From: Malacoraja senta
Taxonomy: Eukaryota
Length of the DNA: 64,000 nt
Direction of reading: 5' to 3'
Assembly: GCA_038087875.1 (NCBI GenBank)
Contig: CM075981.1
Location: 1,488,001-1,552,000, forward strand
Positions within the stretch are counted from its first letter, which is position 1, and every line of letters begins with the position of its first letter. Made by a program: the position numbers and the translations under genes. A model generated the notes under the pieces. It was not told the origin of the DNA, did no database searches, and saw nothing but the letters and a program-made list of their open reading frames with translations. Below are positions 1-9,997 of the stretch, piece after piece.

Positions 1-294
1 ATCTGTCAGCAGCAAATGCCTCACGTCTTGGAGGCTCAGTGTCAGTGTCCTGTGAGTCTCTCCGTGGATCCCTTCCCATCCATTACACGTGGTTTGAGAA
101 GAAGGAGCATCGGGTGTCAACGATCTTGAAAGGCAATCAACTGGATCTGAGTTGTGACATCCTCAGAGGTGAACACCTTCGATATTACTGCACAGCCGCA
201 AATAATCGTGGGACAAAACCCAGTGAAATAGTCAAGGTGAAAGTCTTCAAAGGAGCAGGAACGTGCAGTTATGTGACAGAAATGAACAATGCAG
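1..294 (+). CDS. Gene 1 C2-type Ig exon (C2A), 5' end outside window
   Basis: Encodes VSVSCES..IHYTWF..DLSC..YYCTAANNRG. Donor GCAG|GTGAGT at 294/295, phase 1. Confidence 0.9.
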
Positions 295-3200
295 GTGAGT
301 GTTCCTCTCGTGTCCCTGAACCTGCTGCTATTCACCTTGTGGTGATGTTCATGGATTTCTTGTTATTTGCAGACGGCATCATTGCAGCCACCGTGAGCTC
401 ATGCTGTAAAATGCGAGAGTTTGTTTGGGGGACTGGCAAATAATTGCCCGTAGCTTCCACCATGGAGGTGTTGCGCAATTTCAGCAAAGGAGAGAAAGAC
501 ATGCACTTGTCACAAAGGGTTGAGTGCACTCCATCAAATTTCTGCCTTCTGCCTTAAAAAATGCCGCTTGGCTGCCGCTTAAGGTCTCACAGTCACTTTG
601 AGACATTGAAAGCAACCAAATGCATCCTGTTTGGATCCGCCATCATTTACAATCAAGGATGTGAGACCAAGCGGAGGCTTGGCGATCGTTTCGCCGAACA
701 CCTCCGGTCGGTCCGCAATAACCAACCTGAACTCCCGGTGGCTCAGCACTTCAACTCCCCCTCCCATTCCGTATCTGACCTCTCTGCCCTGGGTCTCCTC
801 CATGGCCACAGCGAGCAACGCCGTAAATTGGAGGAAATGCACCTCATATTCCGCTTGGGCAGTCTACATCCTGGTGGCCTGAACGTTGAATTCTCCCAAT
901 TCTGCTAGCCCTGGCTGTCCCCTCCCCTTCATCAGCCATCTGGTTGTCTCCTCCCCTCCCCCAGCCCTCGGGCTCCTCCTCCGCCTTTTCCTTTTTTCCT
1001 TTCTTCTCCCCACCCCCTTTCAGTCTGAAGAAGGGTTTCGGCCCGAAACGTTACCTATTTCCTTCGCTCCATAGATGCTGCTGCACCCGCTGAGTTTCTC
1101 CAGCATTTTTGTGTACCTATGTACAATTTCATGATCATGTTCATGATTTTAACTGTTAATTTGTGTTAAACTCCAGTAATATCACTAAATTAAATTGTAA
1201 TCTACTTGGCCGTCACTCCATCAAGTATAACCCTTACTTTTGTCAAAGAGAATTTTGAAATGAACTCCCAGTAGTCGTGGAGACGTTCAGATTGGAAGTC
1301 CAGATTAGAGTGTGAATGGTTTACATCAGAGAGACCAAGCTTATACAATGCCAGCGTTTCTTAAACTATTTCAGTGCCATTCACCCTTGAGTCTTTATTA
1401 CAAGATTTAATTCACCCTCCACTAAATATTCTTATGTTTTTTGGGTTATTATCATCTTATTTTCACGTGTGCATAATTTTATATATAATTTATTTTGTCA
1501 CATGAGCAAAAAACATGAATTAACTCATTCACCCCAAAATAATTTCATTCGCCCTTGGGTAAACCATTCATCAGTTTAAGAAGCACTGGCCGAGGCTACA
1601 ATTTCGCCGAACACTTGTGTTTGGTCTGTCATGACCCAGAGTCGTACTTGATAGACACCCCGTTGATGCAGAGCAGCAGCAGTTTGCACCATCTGCACGA
1701 TGCACTGCAGCAACTCACCAAGACTCCCAAGACATTACCTTCCAATTGCAACAGGCTCCGTGTTCAATGCATCATTAGTCACCATTCACACCCACATTGG
1801 CTGGGAAGCGCTTTGGAACGATGTGCAGATGGTGAGGGACGGTGTACAGTATCTGTCTCTCATCGCAATCTAGGTGGAATTCAACAGAGTTAAGAAAATC
1901 ATTGGGCGGACTCCCCTGTATATATTGATGTATACTATAATGTATATGTTTGTGAAAGACTAATTTTGCTCTTCAATCTATGAAAGAATTTCCTTCAGTT
2001 TCAGGTGCACTGTGGGCAGAGAGCGAAGTACGAGGGGTTGTGGGAAGAGCGATCTCAATCGATTGTCACTATGCAGCAGTGTACCGCTCACACACAAAAT
2101 GCTGGTGCCCTGGGACAAGTCGCCAATGTACACATATAGTGGAAACAAATGGGAAACATGGACAGAGCGGAAGAGTGTCAATCACAGATAACCCGGCACG
2201 AGGAATATTTACTGTGACTGTGGAGGATCTTCACTCTGGAGTTACAGGATGGTACAGATGTGGAATTATTACACCTGGCGAACCAACATTTAAAGTACAT
2301 CTCCAAGTATCTGAAGGTAGGTTTCTCAGTGAGTGACTTCATGTCTCGACTTTGGCATCTGCATAAAACATTTGTTGGGTCACATATGGGAGCCTGGTGC
2401 ACAGTTCTGGTCGCCGCTTTATAAAACAAAAGATGTGAAAGGTTTGGAGAGGTTACAGAAAAATGTCACCGGGATATTTAGTTGTAGTTTACAAATGCAA
2501 CATGGAAACGGATCCTTCGGCCCACCGAGTCCACACCGACTAGCGATCACCGGTCACACTAGTTCTATGTTATTCCACTTTCCCATTCGCTCCCTACACA
2601 CAATTCTACAATACCGCCATTCACACACCTCATTAGTGCAACATTATCACTATCAACAATTGTATACAAGGAAATTTAAAAGTTGTTGATAATGATACTG
2701 TTGCACTAATGAAGTGTTTGAATGTTGGTATTGTAGAATTGTGGCAGAGTTTCAGATTAAAAGAAGATTAACTGCAGATGCTGGAAATATAAAACAAAGA
2801 CAGATGGTGCTGCTGTGTATTGGTGCAGTGGCAGACATGGTAGTTCTGCCAGCTGGGTGGATGGAGAGACACAGAGATGTTCAAATCTGTTAAATTGTGA
2901 GGAGAAGGTACAGGGAAGACTTACAAGGATGTTGCGAGGGATTGAGCAGATTAGGACTTTATTTCTTGGAGCACAAGAGGATGAGGGATGATCTTATGGC
3001 AGGTAAAAAATAATGCGAGGAATAGATCGAGTTAATACACAGCCTTTTGCTCAGAGTAGGGGAATCGAGAACCGGAGGACATGGTTTTAATATGAGGGGG
3101 GAATGATTTAACAGGAACCTGGGGAGTAACGTTTTTACACAATGGTTGGTAGGCACATGAAACGAACTGCCGACAGAAGTAGTTATGGCAGGTACTATCG

Positions 3201-6200
3201 TAACATTTAATAAAATATTGGACATGTACATGAATATGATATGTTTAGTGGGTTAAGGGCCAAGAAAGGGCAGGTGGAACTAGTGTAGATTGGGCGTGTT
3301 GGTCAGCGAGGGCAAGTTAGACCGAAGGGCCGGTTTCTATGCTGTATGACTCTATGATTCTATGTAGATGGATGGGTCAGATTCCAAAATGGCGGCTCTG
3401 GCTAAGATACATGGTGGATATTGGCGAGTGTTTGATTTTCAGATGTTCACTCAGTTGTCTGACTGTTTGCTCCTTTCCCACAGACCCCGTGTCTGTTCCT
3501 GTGCTTGGCTTTCTGTCACCAGCCAATGTCTCCTGTCTCGGGGGCTCAGTGACAGTGTCCTGTGAGTCGGTCAGTGGATCCCTTCCCATTAGCTACACAT
3601 GGTATGAAAAGATCCCATCTGTGGATTCAAAGATCTCAGACCAAAATGCCCTGGATCTGCATTGTCAATCATTCAAACACCAGCACCATCAATATTATTG
3701 CACAGCCTCCAATAATAATGGAACAAAATCCAGTGAAATGGTCAATGTGTCCATCTCCAGCAGTGACGTGCCCTGCAGTTTTCTAGTGAAAATCAACGGC
3801 ACTGGTAAGTAGTGGGGGGAATGAGGAGAAGAAGGGGAAGTGCGGGTGGGGGTTTCATCAGATTACAAGTGATAGAAGCAGAAATAGACCATTCAATCAT
3901 GGCTGATCTATCTTCCCCATTCTCCTGCTTTCTCCTCATAACGTCCGTCACCCTGAAATCCCTGCACGTTATTTAATTAATTTATCAAGATTAATATATG
4001 GAATTATGGCTCATTTGTCAGTACTTGGTTGTTGGGCTCCAGAAATAGAATTCCTAGTGCTGGTGTAGGCTAACATCCTGTATAGAATTGTCTCTTCCAT
4101 TTACACAGCTTTAAACTAGGTTTGCAGTGACATCAGTCCATGCACATTCACTTTCCCACCACATGATCCACACACAGATATGGTAAGGGATCAGACATTA
4201 TCAGTAAATGTGGCCACAGTTAAATCCTTGACGACGGTATCCCATTTACCAGCACCTCGTCCATTGCAGCAATTCAGGTACCTCCACCTTCTGGGTTTAA
4301 AAATATGTCTTGATACCCTTGAAACATCCTGCTCCTTAACTTAACCATGTGTTCTCCACATTTACACATATCTGTCGTGCAACATTTCCCAAAAATCCAC
4401 TGTCTATGCAGCTCAGAGTTTTTGCACACCTGTAATTGGTTTCCCCTTCCTCACCTGGGGGAGGCGGACAGGAGCACTTGGAGAAAACCCACACGGTCAC
4501 AGGGAGGTGGTAAAAATTCCGTACATCCGTAGTCAGGATCGAACCCGGGTCTCTGGCGTTGTAAGGCAGCAACTCTACCGCTGCGCTACTGTGCCGTCGA
4601 CACCTGGCGCCAGAGTTGTTACCAGCCCGCCTGCTTGTCGTAACATCTCCCATTTACTCAACTCACACTGAAGAAACATTATCCTGTCTGTTAAGCCTAT
4701 CAACTACTTACATCGGAAAACCATACTCCTTTGTTCAACTGCAAGTGAAAAGCAGTGAAACTGACTTTTATTTCCTTGTTCCAACAGGTCATGAATATTC
4801 TTGTGAAAATTCGATAACATCCAATTACTCTGCAAGGTAAACCACTTTATTTCCAATGGAAGTTACAATATAGTAATTGCTGGTGTTTTGGTTGGGAATG
4901 CTTTATTTGGGAGAAATTTGTGCCTGCCTTTCACTGGCATTAAATGCCCTGAGAGTATTGATCTGAATGCACAGTGGCACAGCCGATAGAATCACAGCCT
5001 CACAACACCACGACCCTGGTTCATTAGGTGCTGTCTGTGCGTGGTCTGCATGTTTTGCCTTTTATTGTGTTGGTTTCATTTAAGTGCTCCAGTTTCCTCC
5101 CAGCTCCCAAAGATGTGCCAGTTGTAAATTGCCCCGTGTGTACAGGACAGCGGTTGAATCTGTGGATAGGGGATGGGGCGGGGAGGGAGGGAGGGTGTTG
5201 GACGGTAGTGCTAGTTGATGAGGAAGTGGGGAAAATAAAAATGGGATTGACAGAGGATCCGTGTGAATGTAGTTGACTGTCGGCACAGACCAGAAGGGCC
5301 AAATGGCCTGTTTCAATACTGTGTTTCTCCATGGGTCTTTGATCCAATGAAACCAAATATCGAAGCATAATCAAATTTTGTACGTCCAGCCATGATCACA
5401 TTGAATGGCGGTGCTGGCTCAAAGGGCCGAATGGCCTACCCCTGCACCTCTTGTCTATTGTCTATTGTCTATTGTTTCAAGCCTGACACCAAATATAAAT
5501 GTATCTCTTAAATATTCGTTAATAATATGTATATAACTTGCAAACCAATTATTAGTTAACTCTTCAGAAGGGGAATTACACTGGGTTTACATCTCATTGT
5601 GTTGTGTACATGCTTGGATGATAAGAACAAGTTCTTCCATTTGCTGCTTTTCAGAGAGCGCTTCCTGCAGTATTCACCATGACTTCTCCTTCACTAACCT
5701 CATCCCATGCTGTGAGATGAATATAGTTGCCAAACCCAAGTCTTGCAGTTTAGCTTGGTTGACACTTGCTCTGGTGTGGTGCTGATAGGTAAATGCATTA
5801 TGAATTATGGGCTAAGACACCCCCCCTTGATATCACTTATGGCAACACCTTGCCATTGATGGGGTCACGCACCAACAATTCGCTGGCGCAGAATGTGAGA
5901 AAAGTCTTGAATCAGACCGAATACAGCGAACTGAGTTAACTCAATCAATCAATCAATCAATCAACCGTTATTGTCATTTTAAACATTTCACACATAAATA
6001 AAAACAATAAAAACACTCCAAAATAATAATAATCAATAAATAAATATATAAATAAAACAATCCAGTCCCTGATAAAAACAATACGAATAGCTAAAAAGTG
6101 CAGGTAAAAAAACAGCAACATTAAAATACAAGTAAAAACATTCATAAATAACTGACGCTCCCTTACACATTGAACCTTGAAAACATTGTTTTTTTAAATT

Positions 6201-7906
6201 ATCCCTGAATATTCCATCATAATACAGTCATGAAAGTGGGAACACTTTGTTATTTATCTTGTTACAATTGAAATAGGTCTGGCTTTCTATCACACTCTTG
6301 CGATAGGAAATAAGAATATTAATAAAACGCACGCCGCTATTAGCGAACCTTTAACCGATTTTTCGAACACACACCATCCACACACCTACCGCGTTAATCC
6401 AAGTAATATCGAGGGGGCGAGATTAAGCATTAACATTTTTAATTTATTTTATTACTTGGCCTCATCCGTTTCCATATTTATTGTCCCACCTCCCTTCCAC
6501 CATTAGAATTGATCCCTTTTAATTAATCTATCCATATGGATTTTATTATAATCTTCCTTGCAGCTGCATTTTCTTTCTTCCAGGGTATTACACTGTTCTT
6601 TGTATCTTTCACACATCCACAGTGTTCCCTTTCCCGTGACTCCCAGTCTGAAGAAGGGTCTCGACCCGAAACGTCACACATGGGGTCATGCAGCAAAGAT
6701 TCGGTGGCGCAGAAAGTGAGAAACCAGCCTTGAATTCAACCGAATACACCGAACTGTCTTAACTGACGCTCCCTTACACATTGAACCTTGAAACCTCTCC
6801 CGCTGTGTTTCGCCAGCATTGCGTGTCTATCTACTCTGTAGTCACTGAATTCACTGCTCCATCTGCTGACTTATTTCTCTGTCTTCTCCGAATCCATTTA
6901 ACCGTCTAATCTCTGATACCCAGTATTGTAGATATGCTCCAGCAAAGAGGTCAGTAATTGGTGATCATAGGTTGTCCCCCCCCCCCCCCAGTCCAACACC
7001 CGTTCTTTCTCCAAGATGATCTCCATTGGCTCTGCTGCTTCGCCCCGCTCCACTTCACTAAGATTATGAAGCAAATAACAGGTAAATGTTTCAAAGATAA
7101 ATCGTCACGTTTCCTCCCATTGATTCTGTATCTCTTGCCCTTTGCCCAGTTACATCTCATGGAATGTGGGGCGCTGGTTGTTCTTTCTCCTGCTTGTGCT
7201 CTGGAGTATCTCAACCGCGGTGTTCACAAGAGGCTGTAAGGTAGGTTTTATTATCATCATGTTCATAAATTATAGGAGCAGAATTGGTCCATTCAGCCCA
7301 TTATATATAATCCGCCCCCAATCACGACTATTCTAGCCTTCGCTCCCGATCCATCCTCCTGCCTTCACCCTATAACCCTTGACATCCTTATTTATGAGGA
7401 ATATGAAAATCTCCGGCTTAAAAATATCAATTGATTTGGATAGGTACAAAACTACTGGAGTAACTCAGCGGGACAGGCAGTATCTCCGGAGTGGATTGAT
7501 ATGGCCTCCACAGCCTCCTATGGTAATGAAATCCATTGATTCACCACCCTCTGCCCAAAACAATCCATTCTCTTCGCCGAATGTATCCAAACGGTTTCCA
7601 TTAATGCTTTCAAATATCCTGTCCATTGATATAAACAAAAGTCGTGCACGTTTTCATAACCTGAAGTTAAACCAAATCACTATGTAGATGATATCATGTG
7701 GTTTTGTCAGGTTGTACGTGTGCTGGGTGGATTTCTGTGCGTGGTGTGGATTCGTTGGGGTCCATCTTCCAGACAGCCATGTGTTGGGGGTGGTCGGGTC
7801 AAATAAAGCGTGGTTCCCACTGTCAGTGAGTCTGATGACTTCACATTGTCTTTTGCAGAGACGCGATGAATCAGAACCTCGCCACTCGACACACGAATTA
7901 GAATGA
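1..7906 (+). CDS. Gene 1 (5'-partial): MDIR/CD300-pIgR-like receptor, activating-type; join(<1..294,1999..2316,3484..3804,4788..4836,7150..7240,7859..7906)
   Basis: Exons are bounded by AG/GT with compatible phases (1,1,1,2,0). They encode C2, V, C2, stalk, an Arg-containing TM and a short tail, and are near-identical to the 3' half of gene 2. Confidence 0.85.
663..1118 (+). mobile_element. 5'-truncated Penelope-like element (GIY-YIG C-terminus plus 3' end) with ATGT target duplication
   Basis: Encodes ETKRRLGDRFAEHLRSV..FNSPSHS..LIFRLGSLHPGGLNVEFS. ATGT at 659-662 and 1119-1122. Empty site in gene 3 near 46508. Confidence 0.85.
1021..1056 (+). ncRNA. Minimal hammerhead-ribozyme-like motif at the 3' end of a Penelope-like element
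   Basis: CTGAAGA-AGGG(tttcgg)CCC-GAAAC-GTT: conserved core, 3-bp stem II, loopless palindromic stem III. Copy at 23594-23629. Confidence 0.5.
1999..2316 (+). CDS. Gene 1 V-type CD300/pIgR-like Ig exon (V4); alternative in-frame acceptor at 2005
   Basis: Encodes ISIDCHY..TKCWCPGTSRQC..GRVSITDNPARGIFTVTVEDL..GWYRCG. Acceptor ttcag|tttcag|gt, donor GAAG|GTAGGT, phase 1-1. Confidence 0.92.
3484..3804 (+). CDS. Gene 1 C2-type Ig exon (C2B)
   Basis: Acceptor cccacag|AC, donor ACTG|GTAAGT. Encodes PVL..GGSVTVSCES..ISYTWY..YYCTASN. 321 nt, phase 1-1. Confidence 0.92.
4390..4596 (-). mobile_element. tRNA-derived SINE (reverse strand)
   Basis: Reverse complement shows A-box ..AGCGGTAGAG and B-box GGTTCGATCC. 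Copies at 26963-27169 and ~50060-50322. Boundaries approximate. Confidence 0.7.
4788..4836 (+). CDS. Gene 1 stalk exon (GHEYSCENSITSNYSA)
   Basis: Polypyrimidine tract then ccaacag|GT, donor AAG|GTAAAC. 49 nt, phase 1-2, matching the phase-2 TM exon. A homologous exon is present in all three genes. Confidence 0.8.
6184..6590 (-). mobile_element. Degenerate L1-clade LINE 3' fragment
   Basis: Minus strand reads AARKIIIKSIWID.., resembling the C-terminus of fish L1 ORF2. Assignment is tentative. Confidence 0.35.
6644..6678 (+). ncRNA. Minimal hammerhead-ribozyme-like motif
   Basis: cagtCTGAAGAAGGGTCTCGACCCGAAACGTCac. Copy at 29217-29251. Degenerate versions near 9403, 11718, 19365, 21515, 41860 and 44795 (+) and near 50880 and 61878 (-). 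Confidence 0.5.
7150..7240 (+). CDS. Gene 1 transmembrane exon with Arg (SYISWNVGRWLFFLLLVLWSISTAVFTRGCK)
   Basis: Acceptor tttgcccag|T (phase 2), donor AAG|GTAGGT (phase 0). Hydrophobic run preceded by Arg. Confidence 0.82.
7859..7906 (+). CDS. Gene 1 terminal cytoplasmic exon (RRDESEPRHSTHELE*)
   Basis: Acceptor attgtcttttgcag|AGA, phase 0, TGA at 7904-7906. No tyrosine motif. Confidence 0.7.
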   Translation, partial: RRDESEPRHSTHELE

Positions 7907-8289
7907 AGACTCCTAGCTTGCACCAACAGTGAGGGAATTCTGCACCGCGATGAAATATTTATGCATCATCCTGCTTTGTCAACTGATACCAATTGGACGA
8001 ATATATGTATCTTGCAATTCAACGAACGGTTTCATGAAAGTGACTTCAAAGCAATGTTCCAAACTTTCCAAACCATATCTGTTTCCAAAACTCATTTACC
8101 GCACTGGTCTTAATGTTTGTCACCTCTTCCAAGGTTTCTTTCATCACCTTCGAACTATTGTTTTAACCTCTGCGTGGTTTCTGCTGCTCAAAAGTCTTAT
8201 ACCCTGTTAAAATATATTATATGCATTCAACTTCCTGGAAAAAAATGTTTTCGCTGTCAAATGAATAATTATGCATCAGGATGCTTCTT

Positions 8290-8312
8290 AATAAATTTTT
8301 GTTGTCAATAAA
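8290..8312 (+). terminator. Two AATAAA polyadenylation signals of gene 1
   Basis: AATAAA at 8290-8295 and 8307-8312, about 400 nt after the stop, followed by a GT/T-rich stretch. Confidence 0.55.
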
Positions 8313-8459
8313 TGGTTTGTCTAATTTGTTTTGTTTAGACTGTAAATTTAGTGTTGAAGAACAGACTGAAATCAGATTGCTGGAGATTTCTCCTGTTGCC
8401 AAACGTTAAAGGCGTTAAGGAATGGCAATGATTAATCTTTCAGACCATGCTATCCCATC

Positions 8460-9490
8460 AGAACAAAACTCCAGATGCTGGTTTAAACTGAAGATAGACA
8501 TAAATTGCTGGGGTAACTCAGAGTGACAGGCGGCATCTGTGGATATATGAGGTAAGTTTAGGCGGACTCAGCGGCGGTATTCAACGAATTGATCGCCGAT
8601 CCTGCGCTTGTTCTCGCTTCTCGGCGATCGCTTCGCTGAACAGCTCCGCTCAGTCGGCCTAAACCTACCTGACATCCCGGTCAATAGACAATAGACAATA
8701 GACAATAGGTGCAGGAGTAGGCCATTTGGCCCTTCGAGCCAGCACCTCCATTCAATGTGATCATGGCTGATCATCCCCAATCAGTACCCCGTTCCAGCCT
8801 TCTCCCTATATCCCCTGACTCCGCAATTTTTAAAAGCCCTATCTATCTCTCTCTTGAAAGCATCCAGAGAACCTGCCTCCACCGCCCTCTGAGGCATAGA
8901 ATTCCACAGACTCACCACTCTCTGTGAGAAAAAGTGTTTCCTCGTCTCCGTTCTAAATGGCTTACTCCTTATTCTTAAACTATCGCTCCTGGTTCTGAAC
9001 TCCCCGAATATCGGGAACACGTTTCGCTAAACAGTTTAACTCCCCCTCCCATTCCCACACTGACATTTCTATCCTGGGCATCCTCCATTGTCAGAGTGAG
9101 TCCCAGCGCAAATAGGTGGAACAGCACCTGATATTTCGCTAGGGCAGCTTACACCCCAGCGGTGTGAACATTGACTTCTCTAACTTCAAGTAACCCTTGC
9201 TTTCCCTCTCAATCCAGCCCCCCAATTACCAGCTCTCCGATCAGTCTGACAGTCTCCGACTACATTTTACCTCTCATTGCTTTGTTGTTATCTTCTCCCA
9301 GCTAACAATGATCTATTCTACATTTTCCTTGAGCTTCACCCCCTTTGTCCCGTTTTCACACCTTACAATTCCTAATCTAATTATCTCCACCTCCCTTGAC
9401 TTCAGTCTGAATAAGGGTCTCGATCCGAAACGTCACCCATTCCTTTCATCCATAGATGCTACCTGTCCCAATGAGATACTCCAGCATGTT
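8460..9490 (+). mobile_element. Penelope-like fragment with inverted 5' segment, interrupted by a CR1 3' end (8681-9030, minus strand)
   Basis: GDRFAEQLRSV..LPDIPV [CR1 tail (caataga)n to gggaacacgttt] AKQFNSPSHSHTD..GSLHPSGVNIDFSNFK. Copy at 31016-32046. Confidence 0.75.
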
Positions 9491-9673
9491 GTACAACAAT
9501 ATTTTTTTGATTAAATGATTGAAAGAAACAGCATGGATACTGACCATTTGGCCCACTGAGTCCACGTCAACCAGCAATCAACCCTTTCACAGTAATGTTG
9601 ATAAACATTTTATTGCTGCAACGAGTTATTCATTTTGTCCACCGTACAAAAGAGTTAATGGACTATAAATAAT

Positions 9674-9997
9674 GGCCAAGGTGGCGCAACGGTAGAGTTG
9701 CTGCCTTACAACGCTTGCAGTGCGGGAGACCCAGGTTCGATCCCGACTACGGGAGCTGTGTGTACGGAGTTTTTACGTTCCACCGTGACCGCGTGATATT
9801 TCTCACAGATCTTCGATTTCCTCCCACACTACAAAGACGTACAGGTATGTAGGTTAATTGGCTTGCTATAAATGTAAATTGTCCACAGTGTGTGTGGGAT
9901 AGCGTTATTGTGCGGGGATCGCTGGTCAGTGTGGACTCGGTGGGCCGAAGGGCCTGTTTCCGCGATGTATCTCCAAACTAAACTAAACTAAACTAAA
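9674..9997 (+). mobile_element. Full-length tRNA-derived SINE with (CTAAA)n tail
   Basis: A-box GGTGGCGCAACGG, B-box GGTTCGATCCC, LINE-like 3' end gggccgaagggcctgtttcc..(aaact)n. Copy at 32230-32553. Confidence 0.8.

Noticed and set aside
9674-9770. tRNA gene
   Set aside because: The A and B boxes belong to the head of a SINE with a body and (CTAAA)n tail, and no full cloverleaf is evident.
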